Of a stretch of DNA of 64,000 nucleotides, positions 8,523-16,859 are shown in pieces (within the stretch, counting starts at the first letter, position 1; every line of letters starts with the position of its first letter). A model generated the notes under the pieces. The model worked only from the letters and a program-made list of their open reading frames with translations, was not told where the DNA came from and searched no databases. Origin of the DNA: a virus; the IMG/VR virus record IMGVR_UViG_3300025117_001212; one strand, 5' to 3'. The position numbers were made by a program, and so were the translations under genes.

Positions 8523-8737
8523 TTTATTACCTCCAAATCTTCAAAGTCACATGTTACTTCACACTCTGCATATTCACCCTCAATCCAAAAACTCGGTCCA
8601 TTTCGAGTTGAAATATCACCGATTTCTACAATAGACCCAACACAGTCATTTCGTAGACCACAGTTTTTGTTATCACATCTAAGTAGTTTAACTTTCATTC
8701 CATCTTTAAATGTCTTTTTAAATGTGTATAGATTCAT
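8519..8737 (-). CDS. MNxY-family protein, Cys-insert subfamily
   Basis: true start MNLYTFKKTFKDGMKV at 8737; CDNKNC...C; FEDLEVIK. Confidence 0.85.
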   Translation of the reverse strand: MNLYTFKKTFKDGMKVKLLRCDNKNCGLRNDCVGSIVEIGDISTRNGPSFWIEGEYAECEVTCDFEDLEVIK

Positions 8738-8943
8738 TTTACTTTTACTATCACCCCGTCTTTCATTGTTACTTGAGCATACCATGTGTGAGGTTTAGGA
8801 TAGTGTGGACCTTCAACGAATTCAATTCCATTGTCTTTGGTTGGAAATATTCCTGAGTGGTTATAGATAGAAATCTTCCTACCTTGAACCACAGCTTCTT
8901 TCAACGCTTTCTTTGTTTTGAAATCAACACTCGTGTATGCCAT
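8734..8943 (-). CDS. conserved phage hypothetical protein
   Basis: FKTKKALKEAV ... EGPHYPKPHTWYA ... GVIVKVK; SD GAGGAGG. Confidence 0.75.
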   Translation of the reverse strand: MAYTSVDFKTKKALKEAVVQGRKISIYNHSGIFPTKDNGIEFVEGPHYPKPHTWYAQVTMKDGVIVKVK

Positions 8944-8945
8944 AA

Positions 8946-9242
8946 TCATTCCTCCTCTATAAGATATGAAACACCATTGTTATATAGCCATTTGTAACTA
9001 ATCCTTCTACGCTCTATTTCTTCTTTGATTTTCTTACGAGTCCATTTAGTAAATCTTTTTAGATCTAGTTTAAGAATTTCAATGTTCTTATTTCGGATAT
9101 GACTAGGAGAAGTATATCCATAATAATGTGAAATTGCATCACCCCATCCATCATTAGCTTCGTTTTCAATTTTTAGAAAAAGACCTACTACTTCGCCCAA
9201 TTGCATTTTATGAAATCTTTTTGTCTGGTTATACTTATCCAT
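8946..9242 (-). CDS. hypothetical protein (MDKY variant start)
   Basis: coupled to upstream stop, SD GAGGAGGTGAT. Confidence 0.7.
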   Translation of the reverse strand: MDKYNQTKRFHKMQLGEVVGLFLKIENEANDGWGDAISHYYGYTSPSHIRNKNIEILKLDLKRFTKWTRKKIKEEIERRRISYKWLYNNGVSYLIEEE

Positions 9243-9471
9243 TTATCACCTCCTCAATTTCTTCTAATTTAAATGAGTAATTAAGTTCATCAAGGTCATT
9301 TATATTTCCTTTAATCAATGATATGAATACCTTATTATCTTCCGAAACTAAAACCTCTGTTATGGTTAACACTTCTTTAGATGTTATTTCTTCATAAATT
9401 ATTCCGGCTTCTTTTTTGATTCTTACTTTAACTCCTGGTTTCAATATTTTTCTTGCAATATAATTATTCAT
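9235..9471 (-). CDS. MNxY-family small SH3/KOW-like protein
   Basis: MNNYIARKILKPGVKVRI ... LEEIEEVI. Confidence 0.85.
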   Translation of the reverse strand: MNNYIARKILKPGVKVRIKKEAGIIYEEITSKEVLTITEVLVSEDNKVFISLIKGNINDLDELNYSFKLEEIEEVING

Positions 9472-9673
9472 TTACTACCTCCAAATGATCTATATGCCAT
9501 CGTTCTTCATCATATTTTCCACCACATAAAATTACATGATCAACTTCTTTTAAGAATGATTTAACTACATATACATCTGATAGATCCATTTTGTTATAAA
9601 GACCTCTGAATTTTTTTGTCGGTGTTACTTTAGTTCCTGGTCTAAACAATTTTATCTTAACATATTCATTCAT
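9464..9673 (-). CDS. MNxY-family small SH3/KOW-like protein
   Basis: true start MNEYVKIKLFRPGTKV at 9673; HIDHLEVV. Confidence 0.8.
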   Translation of the reverse strand: MNEYVKIKLFRPGTKVTPTKKFRGLYNKMDLSDVYVVKSFLKEVDHVILCGGKYDEERWHIDHLEVVNE

Positions 9674-9714
9674 AGTTTGTATTGGGGAGTTTGTTGTCCT
9701 CCCCAATCTCCTTT

Positions 9715-10440
9715 TTAGACGGTTTGTGGTTTCAGTTTCTTTAGCATGACTTCTTTTTTCTTCATGCTCTTTTCTGTTTCCTTGAGCGCTTTGAGTTCAG
9801 CCTCAAGCCTTACCCTTCTCTGTTCAATTGTTTCAAGTGTTTTCGTCCTACGAGTTGCCTTCAGTTCAGCAGCCCACTGAGCGTTGGACTTTTTGTCCTT
9901 CAACGCTCTTCTTAGTGCTACTTCCATTTCAGGTTCACTGTGCCTGAGTATGGTTACGTGTGGATAACCACCAACCTCAGGACGCCCAACCTTGATCACA
10001 CTGTAAGGGCTGTAGATACACACATCACCAGCTCTTACTGCTACCTTGAGGCCATCAGCCCTGACTGCTTGAAGTGCTCCGGGCTTGTGCTGAATGTCTC
10101 TCTTAGGTTGAATCCTCTGGACACGAATGCCCATCTCCTTACATACTCTCATAAGGAGAGCCTCTGCCTTCTGCCTTGGAGACAGATCCTTGTTCATGAT
10201 GTCACCTCCCTTCGATTTTTCATTGCTCTTTTTTGGCCCAACTTTCCTCTTTTTTGGACCAACTTTGGACGTTTTTGACTCAACTTTCGCTGTTTTTGAA
10301 TCAGTTTCATCAATTTCTTGCACCAATTGGTCCACCATAGACTGTTTCTCCATCATTTCACCCTCCATTTCGGTTGCTAAAGAGTTAACTGCACTTGAAA
10401 TCACACCATTGCCAACACTCTTTTTCATAATCTCTACCAT
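9715..10440 (-). CDS. basic putative nucleic-acid-binding protein, distant paralog of 6551-7162
   Basis: shares GALQ..R....R.GD..I..P and KDxKS...AE; start uncertain (internal SD before ATG 10197); C-terminal coiled coil. Confidence 0.7.
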   Translation of the reverse strand: MVEIMKKSVGNGVISSAVNSLATEMEGEMMEKQSMVDQLVQEIDETDSKTAKVESKTSKVGPKKRKVGPKKSNEKSKGGDIMNKDLSPRQKAEALLMRVCKEMGIRVQRIQPKRDIQHKPGALQAVRADGLKVAVRAGDVCIYSPYSVIKVGRPEVGGYPHVTILRHSEPEMEVALRRALKDKKSNAQWAAELKATRRTKTLETIEQRRVRLEAELKALKETEKSMKKKEVMLKKLKPQTV

Positions 10441-10655
10441 TTTCTTTCTCCTTTATCCCATATTTTACCAATATTATGAAGAAAGTGATTAAGTTCATAA
10501 TGCCCATAACGTTCACCATTATCTAAAGATATGTGGACTAAAATGGTTTTTAATTGGTCACTATAGGTGTAATTAGTTATGGTTAATTTGTTAAAAAGAT
10601 GTGAGCTAAATATGGTTCCAATCGGATATTCTTTTTTCAGTGTATACATGTTCAT
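10434..10655 (-). CDS. MNxY-family small SH3/KOW-like protein
   Basis: MNMYTLKKEYPIGTIF. Confidence 0.85.
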   Translation of the reverse strand: MNMYTLKKEYPIGTIFSSHLFNKLTITNYTYSDQLKTILVHISLDNGERYGHYELNHFLHNIGKIWDKGERKW

Positions 10656-10873
10656 AATTTATAGAAATCCCCATTGTTATATTCTTCTGAAAATTTTCTA
10701 AGAGTCCTTAACATTACTCGTTTACCATTTATTAGGCTATTTAACTTTAGCCCAAATACTATGTTATTGTTAAAGTGTGAATATAGGATTTCAGATATAA
10801 AAACTTCTCCATGATTTTGATGATAGATTCTAGTTCCTACTTTAAATTCTTTGTTAAAGGTATACTGGTTCAA
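10652..10873 (-). CDS. MNxY-family small SH3/KOW-like protein (TTG start)
   Basis: GGAGGTGATAAAT-TTG AAC CAG TAT; NQYTFNKEFKVGTRI. Confidence 0.8.
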   Translation of the reverse strand: MNQYTFNKEFKVGTRIYHQNHGEVFISEILYSHFNNNIVFGLKLNSLINGKRVMLRTLRKFSEEYNNGDFYKL

Positions 10874-10920
10874 ATTTATCACCTCCAATCTTGAGGGGGT
10901 GAAAGCCCCTCGGTTATATG

Positions 10921-11928
10921 TTAATAATCTGATTGTTTTTCCATGAACTCTTTCAAAGCAGCATTGCTGTCATGCCATCCATACACCATGTCCCTTTCTT
11001 CCTCATCTGTTTTCTGTTCCACAATTAACTTAACAACCTGATATCTGATCTCTTCAGACAGGTCCATGATGAATGCCAGATAGTTTGTTTTGTACGTTTT
11101 CTCCAACCTCTTGGCTGCAATTTCAGAACCAAGAGCCAGTTGAAGCTGCTTATCCTTAATTACTTCATCCCTTACCCCGGCGTACCTCTTTAACACATCA
11201 TCGACTGTTATCACCTTCCTCTCCATGAGGTGTTCGATAAAATGCCGTGCTGCTATGCCCAAACAACCATTAGCAACCATCCTAACACCCTCAATTCCAT
11301 CAATCTTTAAGACGTTACTCATCTTAACCCATTGTCTTGGGCACGCTTGCCCGTACACCAACATCACTTCGTTTTTCCTTATGAATCTGATTACTTGTTC
11401 ATGTACCTTGTTTTCAACTGCCCAATCAAGCCAGTCCTGTGCCTTGTGAATGACACTGAATATCGAGTATCTCCGTGTGGTTGCTAGATCCACAAACGGA
11501 TCATCAGTGTCACCATAGTCCTGAGTTGGAGGGTTCATTGCAACAACATTCTGGATTTTGCCACTGAGCTTTGTACCATAAATCATGTTCTCGTTTATGG
11601 CACTCATTAATGCGTTACGTAAATCCCCACGGGCTCTGCTGAATTCATCATAGAACACCACAGTTGGCCTCTTGATATCAAAGATAGCATTCAGCCTGAA
11701 CTTTACAAAGTTGCCATCATCTCTGATTGCGCCAAAATCTTCCACAAATAGAGTTGCACAATTCAACTCAACCAGATCCATCTTTCGATCATTAGCATAA
11801 GCCCTGATCTGTTGAGTCTTACCAATGCCTGACTCTCCCTCAAATACTGGAGTCATACCAGCATTGGCACACATGTCCATTGCCTTCACCATTTCCTTTA
11901 CCGTAACCAAACTCTTGTAAAGTTCCAT
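10921..11928 (-). CDS. MoxR-type AAA+ ATPase
   Basis: Walker A GESGIGKT, Walker B VVFYDEFSR, VVAMNP sensor, RRY arginine finger. Confidence 0.9.
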   Translation of the reverse strand: MELYKSLVTVKEMVKAMDMCANAGMTPVFEGESGIGKTQQIRAYANDRKMDLVELNCATLFVEDFGAIRDDGNFVKFRLNAIFDIKRPTVVFYDEFSRARGDLRNALMSAINENMIYGTKLSGKIQNVVAMNPPTQDYGDTDDPFVDLATTRRYSIFSVIHKAQDWLDWAVENKVHEQVIRFIRKNEVMLVYGQACPRQWVKMSNVLKIDGIEGVRMVANGCLGIAARHFIEHLMERKVITVDDVLKRYAGVRDEVIKDKQLQLALGSEIAAKRLEKTYKTNYLAFIMDLSEEIRYQVVKLIVEQKTDEEERDMVYGWHDSNAALKEFMEKQSDY

Positions 11929-11946
11929 AATCATTTCCTCCCTTTC

Positions 11947-13083
11947 TTATTTAAGGTGAATGACATTGCCGAACTTCGGCTTGAATTCTTTGTTCTCAAT
12001 AATGCCCCACAAGACCTGCTTTGCCGTGGTCTTGTCCGGGTAGTCGCAATACCCGTCTGTTAGAATTGCAATGTTAGTAAACCTCATTTCCTCTGCTAAT
12101 TTGAATGCGTCGTGAAATACCGTGCCACCTCCTCCCGTCACCTTAGACAAGTGACCTTTGAACCAGAATTTTTCATGCACCTGAGCATCCGTTACTGCCA
12201 CAAATATTTTGCAGTATTCAGACAGACTGTGCAAAGTTCCAGCAAATACGTTGAGTTGTTGCTGTGTAATTGATCCTGATGAATCCAGGATAAGGAAGAT
12301 CCTGGCCATCATTCTCCTTACTTTGCCTCTAAATGTTGGATTTCTACGATTAGCATACGCCCATGTTTTCTTGATCCCTTTGTTGCCATCAGGATCAACC
12401 ATGTTACGCATCATCTTTTCCATCATTTGGAAGTTGATACCACGTTCACGATTCAATGCCCTCAATAAATCACCAGGCATTGCTCCTGCCAACTGGCCGA
12501 TCCTATTCATCACCTCTTGCATTTCGTGTTCTTCAAGAGGTTTGCCTTTGATGGTATCAATGAATTTAAAGTTTACTTTTTCGCCATTTTTAATCATTTG
12601 CATTAGTTCTTCTAATGTTATTTCTTTAAGATTAGGAAGTTTTGTATTTCCTTCTAGTGCATGATAGTAGAACTCTGTTGTTTTATCTGGATCTACTTTC
12701 CATACTTCTGCTGTTTGTCTTTCCTTTGCTATTTTATCTGGAATTTGAATACAACAATTCAGGGCTATGTCTTGTGCAACATTTGCCCTTTCACTATCAG
12801 CAAACAGAACAGAATGGAATCTGTTAGTTAGATGCCCCAACAGTACATGCCATAGTTCATGTTTGACTTCATACTGGAGGACATCTAGTGGTTCATCTAC
12901 CATGTCCTCATTGACAAAGATTTGAAATCTACCATTTCCTTTATGATAGACACAAGCATAGGCTCCTGAAAGCCTTGCCCAATCTACATCACACGCCGAA
13001 CCTAAAGCGCATGTGTAGAATGGCTCCCATTGATCAGCAATAGATGCCCTCAGAGCAATCATTGCCTTTGTTTTCTTGTCCAT
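11947..13083 (-). CDS. putative metallopeptidase + vWA domain protein (DUF2201-like MoxR partner)
   Basis: HELWH zincin motif; MIDAS LILDSSGSI, GGGGT, ILTDG. Confidence 0.9.
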   Translation of the reverse strand: MDKKTKAMIALRASIADQWEPFYTCALGSACDVDWARLSGAYACVYHKGNGRFQIFVNEDMVDEPLDVLQYEVKHELWHVLLGHLTNRFHSVLFADSERANVAQDIALNCCIQIPDKIAKERQTAEVWKVDPDKTTEFYYHALEGNTKLPNLKEITLEELMQMIKNGEKVNFKFIDTIKGKPLEEHEMQEVMNRIGQLAGAMPGDLLRALNRERGINFQMMEKMMRNMVDPDGNKGIKKTWAYANRRNPTFRGKVRRMMARIFLILDSSGSITQQQLNVFAGTLHSLSEYCKIFVAVTDAQVHEKFWFKGHLSKVTGGGGTVFHDAFKLAEEMRFTNIAILTDGYCDYPDKTTAKQVLWGIIENKEFKPKFGNVIHLK

Positions 13084-13107
13084 AATACCCTCCTAAGTTA
13101 ATGGTTT

Positions 13108-13137
13108 ACTATACCATAGGCTAAATGTTAATTGCAA
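13108..13137 (-). promoter_or_regulatory. sigma70-type promoter of the vWA/MoxR operon
   Basis: TTGCAA-N18-TATAGT, extended -10 TG. Confidence 0.7.
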
Positions 13138-13203
13138 GGTTAAAAATACAGTTATCTGGCACTAAAAGGCGGGCCTCTAATGCATTGCATGGTTGTCATC
13201 TCC

Positions 13204-13551
13204 TTACCAGCCTCTAAGTTTTTTCATAAATTTTTCTAATAGTTTTTCATATTTATAAATATCAAAGTGAAATACATGATTGCAGTTTGGACATTTGATT
13301 TTAGGTGCATCCATTACAATCTCTACATCATTAATATTAACTTCCTCATCGTAAAAACCACCATCAATTGGATCTATTTGAAGTAACTTAGAATCAACAC
13401 CCCTGTGTGATCTAGATTCATATACTTTTTTAACATCTAATAAATCATCTTTGGATAATCGCCCATACGTTTGGGTCAGCCTCACAATTGTTCCAAATCT
13501 AAGTTTACCTTTTAATTCTTTCATTAACTCCTTGCTTGTATATTTATTCAT
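13204..13551 (-). CDS. MNxY-family protein with C-terminal CPNC extension
   Basis: MNKYTSKELMKELKGKLRFGTIVRL ... INDVEIV ... CPNC. Confidence 0.8.
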   Translation of the reverse strand: MNKYTSKELMKELKGKLRFGTIVRLTQTYGRLSKDDLLDVKKVYESRSHRGVDSKLLQIDPIDGGFYDEEVNINDVEIVMDAPKIKCPNCNHVFHFDIYKYEKLLEKFMKKLRGW

Positions 13552-13561
13552 TTGTCACCTC

Positions 13562-13804
13562 CTAGTTAGTAAGTTTAGTAAGTGTGGTTTTAGGATAGTT
13601 AGTGAATATTTTATAATCAAATGTTGTTCTTGTCTCTTTATCGTAAATATTAGTAGCTAATGTTATATTTTTATTTTTAGGATCATTATTTACAACTACA
13701 TACACAATTGAGTGAGTATATGGATCTCCATTGAAATCATTAAGTTCATCAGTTACCTTTACGATGTTTGCTTTCTTAAGTTTTTGTAGTGAATAGAGGT
13801 TCAT
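13562..13804 (-). CDS. MNxY-family small SH3/KOW-like protein
   Basis: MNLYSLQKLKKANIVKV; SD GGAGGTGA. Confidence 0.8.
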   Translation of the reverse strand: MNLYSLQKLKKANIVKVTDELNDFNGDPYTHSIVYVVVNNDPKNKNITLATNIYDKETRTTFDYKIFTNYPKTTLTKLTN

Positions 13805-13807
13805 CTG

Positions 13808-13990
13808 TCACCTCCTAGAAGTCATATATCTTAGTTTACCAATTACCATATGAAATGAACTCTTCCTATCTAAGATTGTGCTGTGAATTGCAAGTGTCCA
13901 GCGTTTCCCATTCTTATAAATCACATTCGGGTATTTTATGATTTTAGTTAACTTGGTTACATTGTCATACTCGAAGAACTTAATGTTCAA
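13808..13990 (-). CDS. hypothetical protein
   Basis: TTG start overlapping upstream stop. Confidence 0.55.
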   Translation of the reverse strand: MNIKFFEYDNVTKLTKIIKYPNVIYKNGKRWTLAIHSTILDRKSSFHMVIGKLRYMTSRR

Positions 13991-14274
13991 GCTCTTGCGC
14001 CATTGAATTTGCTAACCAGTTCGTTTACCTTCAATTCCATGGCTTTCTTTTCAGCCATCGGCCTGAATCCTCTCTTGTCGATCCGAATGATGGTTCCGGT
14101 CTTGACGATCTTCACCGTCACCATAGTTCCGACGATTCTCATCACCTCTACCTTAACAGCACCCCTTCCAGTACGAAGGGCTTCCTCATCCACTCTGTGG
14201 CTAAGATGTGCCATGCGAATCTGACCAACGCGAAGGTCACTACCATCCGAACGACCAAACGTCAAATTTCCCAT
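13987..14274 (-). CDS. basic SH3-like hypothetical protein
   Basis: LRVGQI ... VKVEVMRIVGTMVTVKIV; SD AAGGAG; GC-richer codons. Confidence 0.7.
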   Translation of the reverse strand: MGNLTFGRSDGSDLRVGQIRMAHLSHRVDEEALRTGRGAVKVEVMRIVGTMVTVKIVKTGTIIRIDKRGFRPMAEKKAMELKVNELVSKFNGARA

Positions 14275-14286
14275 TGTATTTCTCCT

Positions 14287-14421
14287 TTATGAAAGATTTA
14301 TACCAGAATTAACCATCCACATTAAGATTGTTTGGTTATCAATTAATTGAGTTACAGGATAATAGAATACTCCGTTCCGCATGGGTGGACCTCGAATAGT
14401 TACTTGCTGATTATTCCACAT
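14287..14421 (-). CDS. small hypothetical protein, 44 aa (not in ORF track)
   Basis: SD AAGGAGGTGAT; MWNNQQVTIRGPPMRNG. Confidence 0.55.
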   Translation of the reverse strand: MWNNQQVTIRGPPMRNGVFYYPVTQLIDNQTILMWMVNSGINLS

Positions 14422-14437
14422 ATATCACCTCCTTCAA

Positions 14438-14653
14438 CTAGATCTTGTTTGACTTCCAAGCATCAAAGATATTGGAAGCGATTCCTTTGTCATAAGTCCT
14501 GAACAATGACCATCTATGATTGCAGAGGTTTTCCAACTTTGTAGGATCAATGTCTGAGTAGAATACGGCAAATCCTACCGTGATCTGAGCAAAGTAGACA
14601 CGCCCAGAATCCCCTCTCAGTTCTGTTGAATCAATAACTTTCACAACCTTCAT
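14438..14653 (-). CDS. hypothetical protein
   Basis: SD GAGGTGA. Confidence 0.7.
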   Translation of the reverse strand: MKVVKVIDSTELRGDSGRVYFAQITVGFAVFYSDIDPTKLENLCNHRWSLFRTYDKGIASNIFDAWKSNKI

Positions 14654-14661
14654 TTGTCACC

Positions 14662-14877
14662 TCACCTTTTGATAATAAATTCTTTTCTAAGTGAATTATA
14701 TTTATACCTCACCACCAGGCTCTTAGTTTCAAATGAAATGAACTTTTTTACAAAATCATTTGAAAGAACCTTTGCCACTTCTGGCGCTTGATAGTCAGGT
14801 GATTCTTTTTGTTCAATTAAATCTGTTAATTGAACAAAATCTCCTCTTTTTAATCGGCTTAATGTATACAAGTTCAT
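14662..14877 (-). CDS. MNxY-family small SH3/KOW-like protein
   Basis: MNLYTLSRLKRGDFVQL. Confidence 0.85.
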   Translation of the reverse strand: MNLYTLSRLKRGDFVQLTDLIEQKESPDYQAPEVAKVLSNDFVKKFISFETKSLVVRYKYNSLRKEFIIKR

Positions 14878-14886
14878 TTCACCCTC

Positions 14887-15030
14887 CTAATAATCAAGGT
14901 TGGCATCTTTCAAAAAAGCCTTGACAGTGAAGTACACAGCCACAGGGAAAATCTTAATCATTCTGTAAATAATCCTGCAAAGAATGAAAACACACCCGCA
15001 AACACAAAAGAACACTGCCATACTCTTCAT
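14887..15030 (-). CDS. small membrane protein, 47 aa
   Basis: SD AGGAG before MKSMAVFFCVCGCVFILC; hydrophobic. Confidence 0.55.
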   Translation of the reverse strand: MKSMAVFFCVCGCVFILCRIIYRMIKIFPVAVYFTVKAFLKDANLDY

Positions 15031-15103
15031 ATCATATCTCCTATCTTTCAAAAGGGTTATGATGATCTGGTTAATTGAGCATCTATATTGTTTATCATGT
15101 TTG

Positions 15104-15277
15104 TCACCTCCCTTCGGCTCTTTGCCAGTCCTCATAAGAACGGAACCCGAAATGCACAACTTCCCCTTCAATCCTCACAACCACTGGCACTCCAAAGGCC
15201 GTCCTCTGTGGCCCTTCACCTGAGCATCCAAACCAGCCTAACGTATCACGCCATACCCAAAATAATCTCTTTTTCAT
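15104..15277 (-). CDS. small hypothetical protein, 57 aa (not in ORF track)
   Basis: SD AGGAG; MKKRLFWVWRDTLGWFGC. Confidence 0.6.
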   Translation of the reverse strand: MKKRLFWVWRDTLGWFGCSGEGPQRTAFGVPVVVRIEGEVVHFGFRSYEDWQRAEGR

Positions 15278-15350
15278 AATATTCTCCTATTCTTTGTTAA
15301 AGGTTATGATTATCTAGTTAATAGTGCATCTACAAGTTAGTAATAGTTAA

Positions 15351-15542
15351 TTAAATGATTCCAAGAATCTTAGCAATTTTGATTACTTGAACATTAGTTG
15401 CTCTAGTTCCAATAGCATGTTCACAGGTGACCCGAATACCATAAAGTGTATGACTGTTAATTGACTTAGCAACTTTAGCAAGCCGTTCATCAACAAGCTG
15501 ACTTGCTTTCTCAAAAATAGCCAATGTTTCTTTCTTAGTCAT
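15351..15542 (-). CDS. hypothetical protein
   Basis: SD GGAGGTGA. Confidence 0.65.
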   Translation of the reverse strand: MTKKETLAIFEKASQLVDERLAKVAKSINSHTLYGIRVTCEHAIGTRATNVQVIKIAKILGII

Positions 15543-15799
15543 TACTCTGTCACCTCCTTCCTGCGCCTTCTCCTGATCACATCACCAATGCGTGTGATGT
15601 CGCACTTGAGCGACCTTTCCTTGCGCTCCAACTCCAACACCAACTCCAGGCTCTCAGTGAGCCCTTTGTCAATATTGTTGATATTGGGTTTCTTCTGTCC
15701 AACGGACCTGGACACAGCACCCTTGTTGTTAACATCACCGGCTTTCATTCTGCCGGTGAATCCGAAATAGACACTTCTCAAACCTTCGTTTCCTATCAT
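15542..15799 (-). CDS. hypothetical basic protein
   Basis: coupled ORF, GC-richer codons. Confidence 0.6.
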   Translation of the reverse strand: MIGNEGLRSVYFGFTGRMKAGDVNNKGAVSRSVGQKKPNINNIDKGLTESLELVLELERKERSLKCDITRIGDVIRRRRRKEVTE

Positions 15800-15957
15800 G
15801 TTAATTTTCTCCCATAGATTAAAAGATTAGACAAGTAGGTTAGAATTGAGGCTAGACGTTTGGCTGTGAGTTTACTGAAACCAAGGTCAATAATTCTACA
15901 ATAGATGTGAAGTGGATTGACACGGTGCATTATACTTCCAATCACCGGTCGTCCCAT
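15796..15957 (-). CDS. small hypothetical protein, 53 aa (not in ORF track)
   Basis: SD GGAGGTGA; stop overlaps next ATG. Confidence 0.55.
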   Translation of the reverse strand: MGRPVIGSIMHRVNPLHIYCRIIDLGFSKLTAKRLASILTYLSNLLIYGRKLT

Positions 15958-15974
15958 ACATGTCACCTCCCTCC

Positions 15975-16130
15975 CTATGCGGTCAGGCGCAACCCCTCCA
16001 GTATAGCCGGAGTAACCCTATCCCAAGGGCCTCTGACCTGAATGTGACCCAAATAGAGAGCCACTACAAAGTAGCCCTCAAGCGTTTGGTATATATTGAA
16101 TCCCCTATCACACTCAAACATTGGTCTCAT
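15975..16130 (-). CDS. small hypothetical protein, 51 aa (not in ORF track)
   Basis: SD AGGA; MRPMFECDRGFNIYQT. Confidence 0.55.
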   Translation of the reverse strand: MRPMFECDRGFNIYQTLEGYFVVALYLGHIQVRGPWDRVTPAILEGLRLTA

Positions 16131-16213
16131 AATTATTCCTTTCTTTTGTTAAATTGTTATGTTGATAAGTTAACACTAAGGCATCTACATTGTTGAGTTG
16201 TTAATCATTTTTA

Positions 16214-16390
16214 TCACCTCCCTAGTACGAACATTATGATTGCCCACATATGAGCAACCGCACCAAAGGTTGAAAAGAACAACACAATTCCTCCTATTAC
16301 CCTGCTTCCTCTGATGATGTCATGCAAACCCCACACCATAGCAAATAGAAACATCACTAACGACACGAACGGTAATACATCCCACCACAT
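16214..16390 (-). CDS. small two-TM membrane protein, 58 aa (not in ORF track)
   Basis: SD GGAGGTGAT; MWWDVLPFVSLVMFLFAMVWG...VIGGIVLFFSTFGAVAH. Confidence 0.65.
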   Translation of the reverse strand: MWWDVLPFVSLVMFLFAMVWGLHDIIRGSRVIGGIVLFFSTFGAVAHMWAIIMFVLGR

Positions 16391-16544
16391 GTTATCACCT
16401 CCATTGTTAGATTGTCACACATTAGGTTATCACCACAGTTAGATTGTTATGTTGTTATTTGACTTCACTAATCACCCCCTACCCCATGTTATTTTGGGCG
16501 TAAGGCACTATTACTTGTTATGACCACCCGATGAATTAGTCGAT

Positions 16545-16632
16545 AAAAATGATTTCTTAGTAACTTACGAACTACCATACTACCTATTGACCCCTCGTTG
16601 ATTCGTTCGAAAAATGATTTCTTAGTAACTTA
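16545..16632. repeat. 23-bp direct repeat x2 (plus a degenerate third) in non-coding DNA
   Basis: AAAAATGATTTCTTAGTAACTTA at 16545 and 16610. Confidence 0.8.
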
Positions 16633-16859
16633 GAAGTATTAACCTCTTGATGATTCAATCGAAGAAATGATTTAATCGAAATTTTTGAAACTTAAGAAAC
16701 CTTATGAGATAATATAGGCTTTACATTAACTGTATAACTACAAGCAGGGTATACCCGCTATAACCAACCTTATACTTTTGTTTCTTAAATTTTTGAATTC
16801 ATTTTTAATCTAGAAATGAAGATAAGAAAGGATCATGTTGTAGAAAAAATTCGAAAAAT

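Noticed and set aside
16545-16680. Mini CRISPR array
   Set aside because: Only two exact 23-bp units, non-palindromic, no CRISPR-like terminal motif, uneven third spacing, no cas genes
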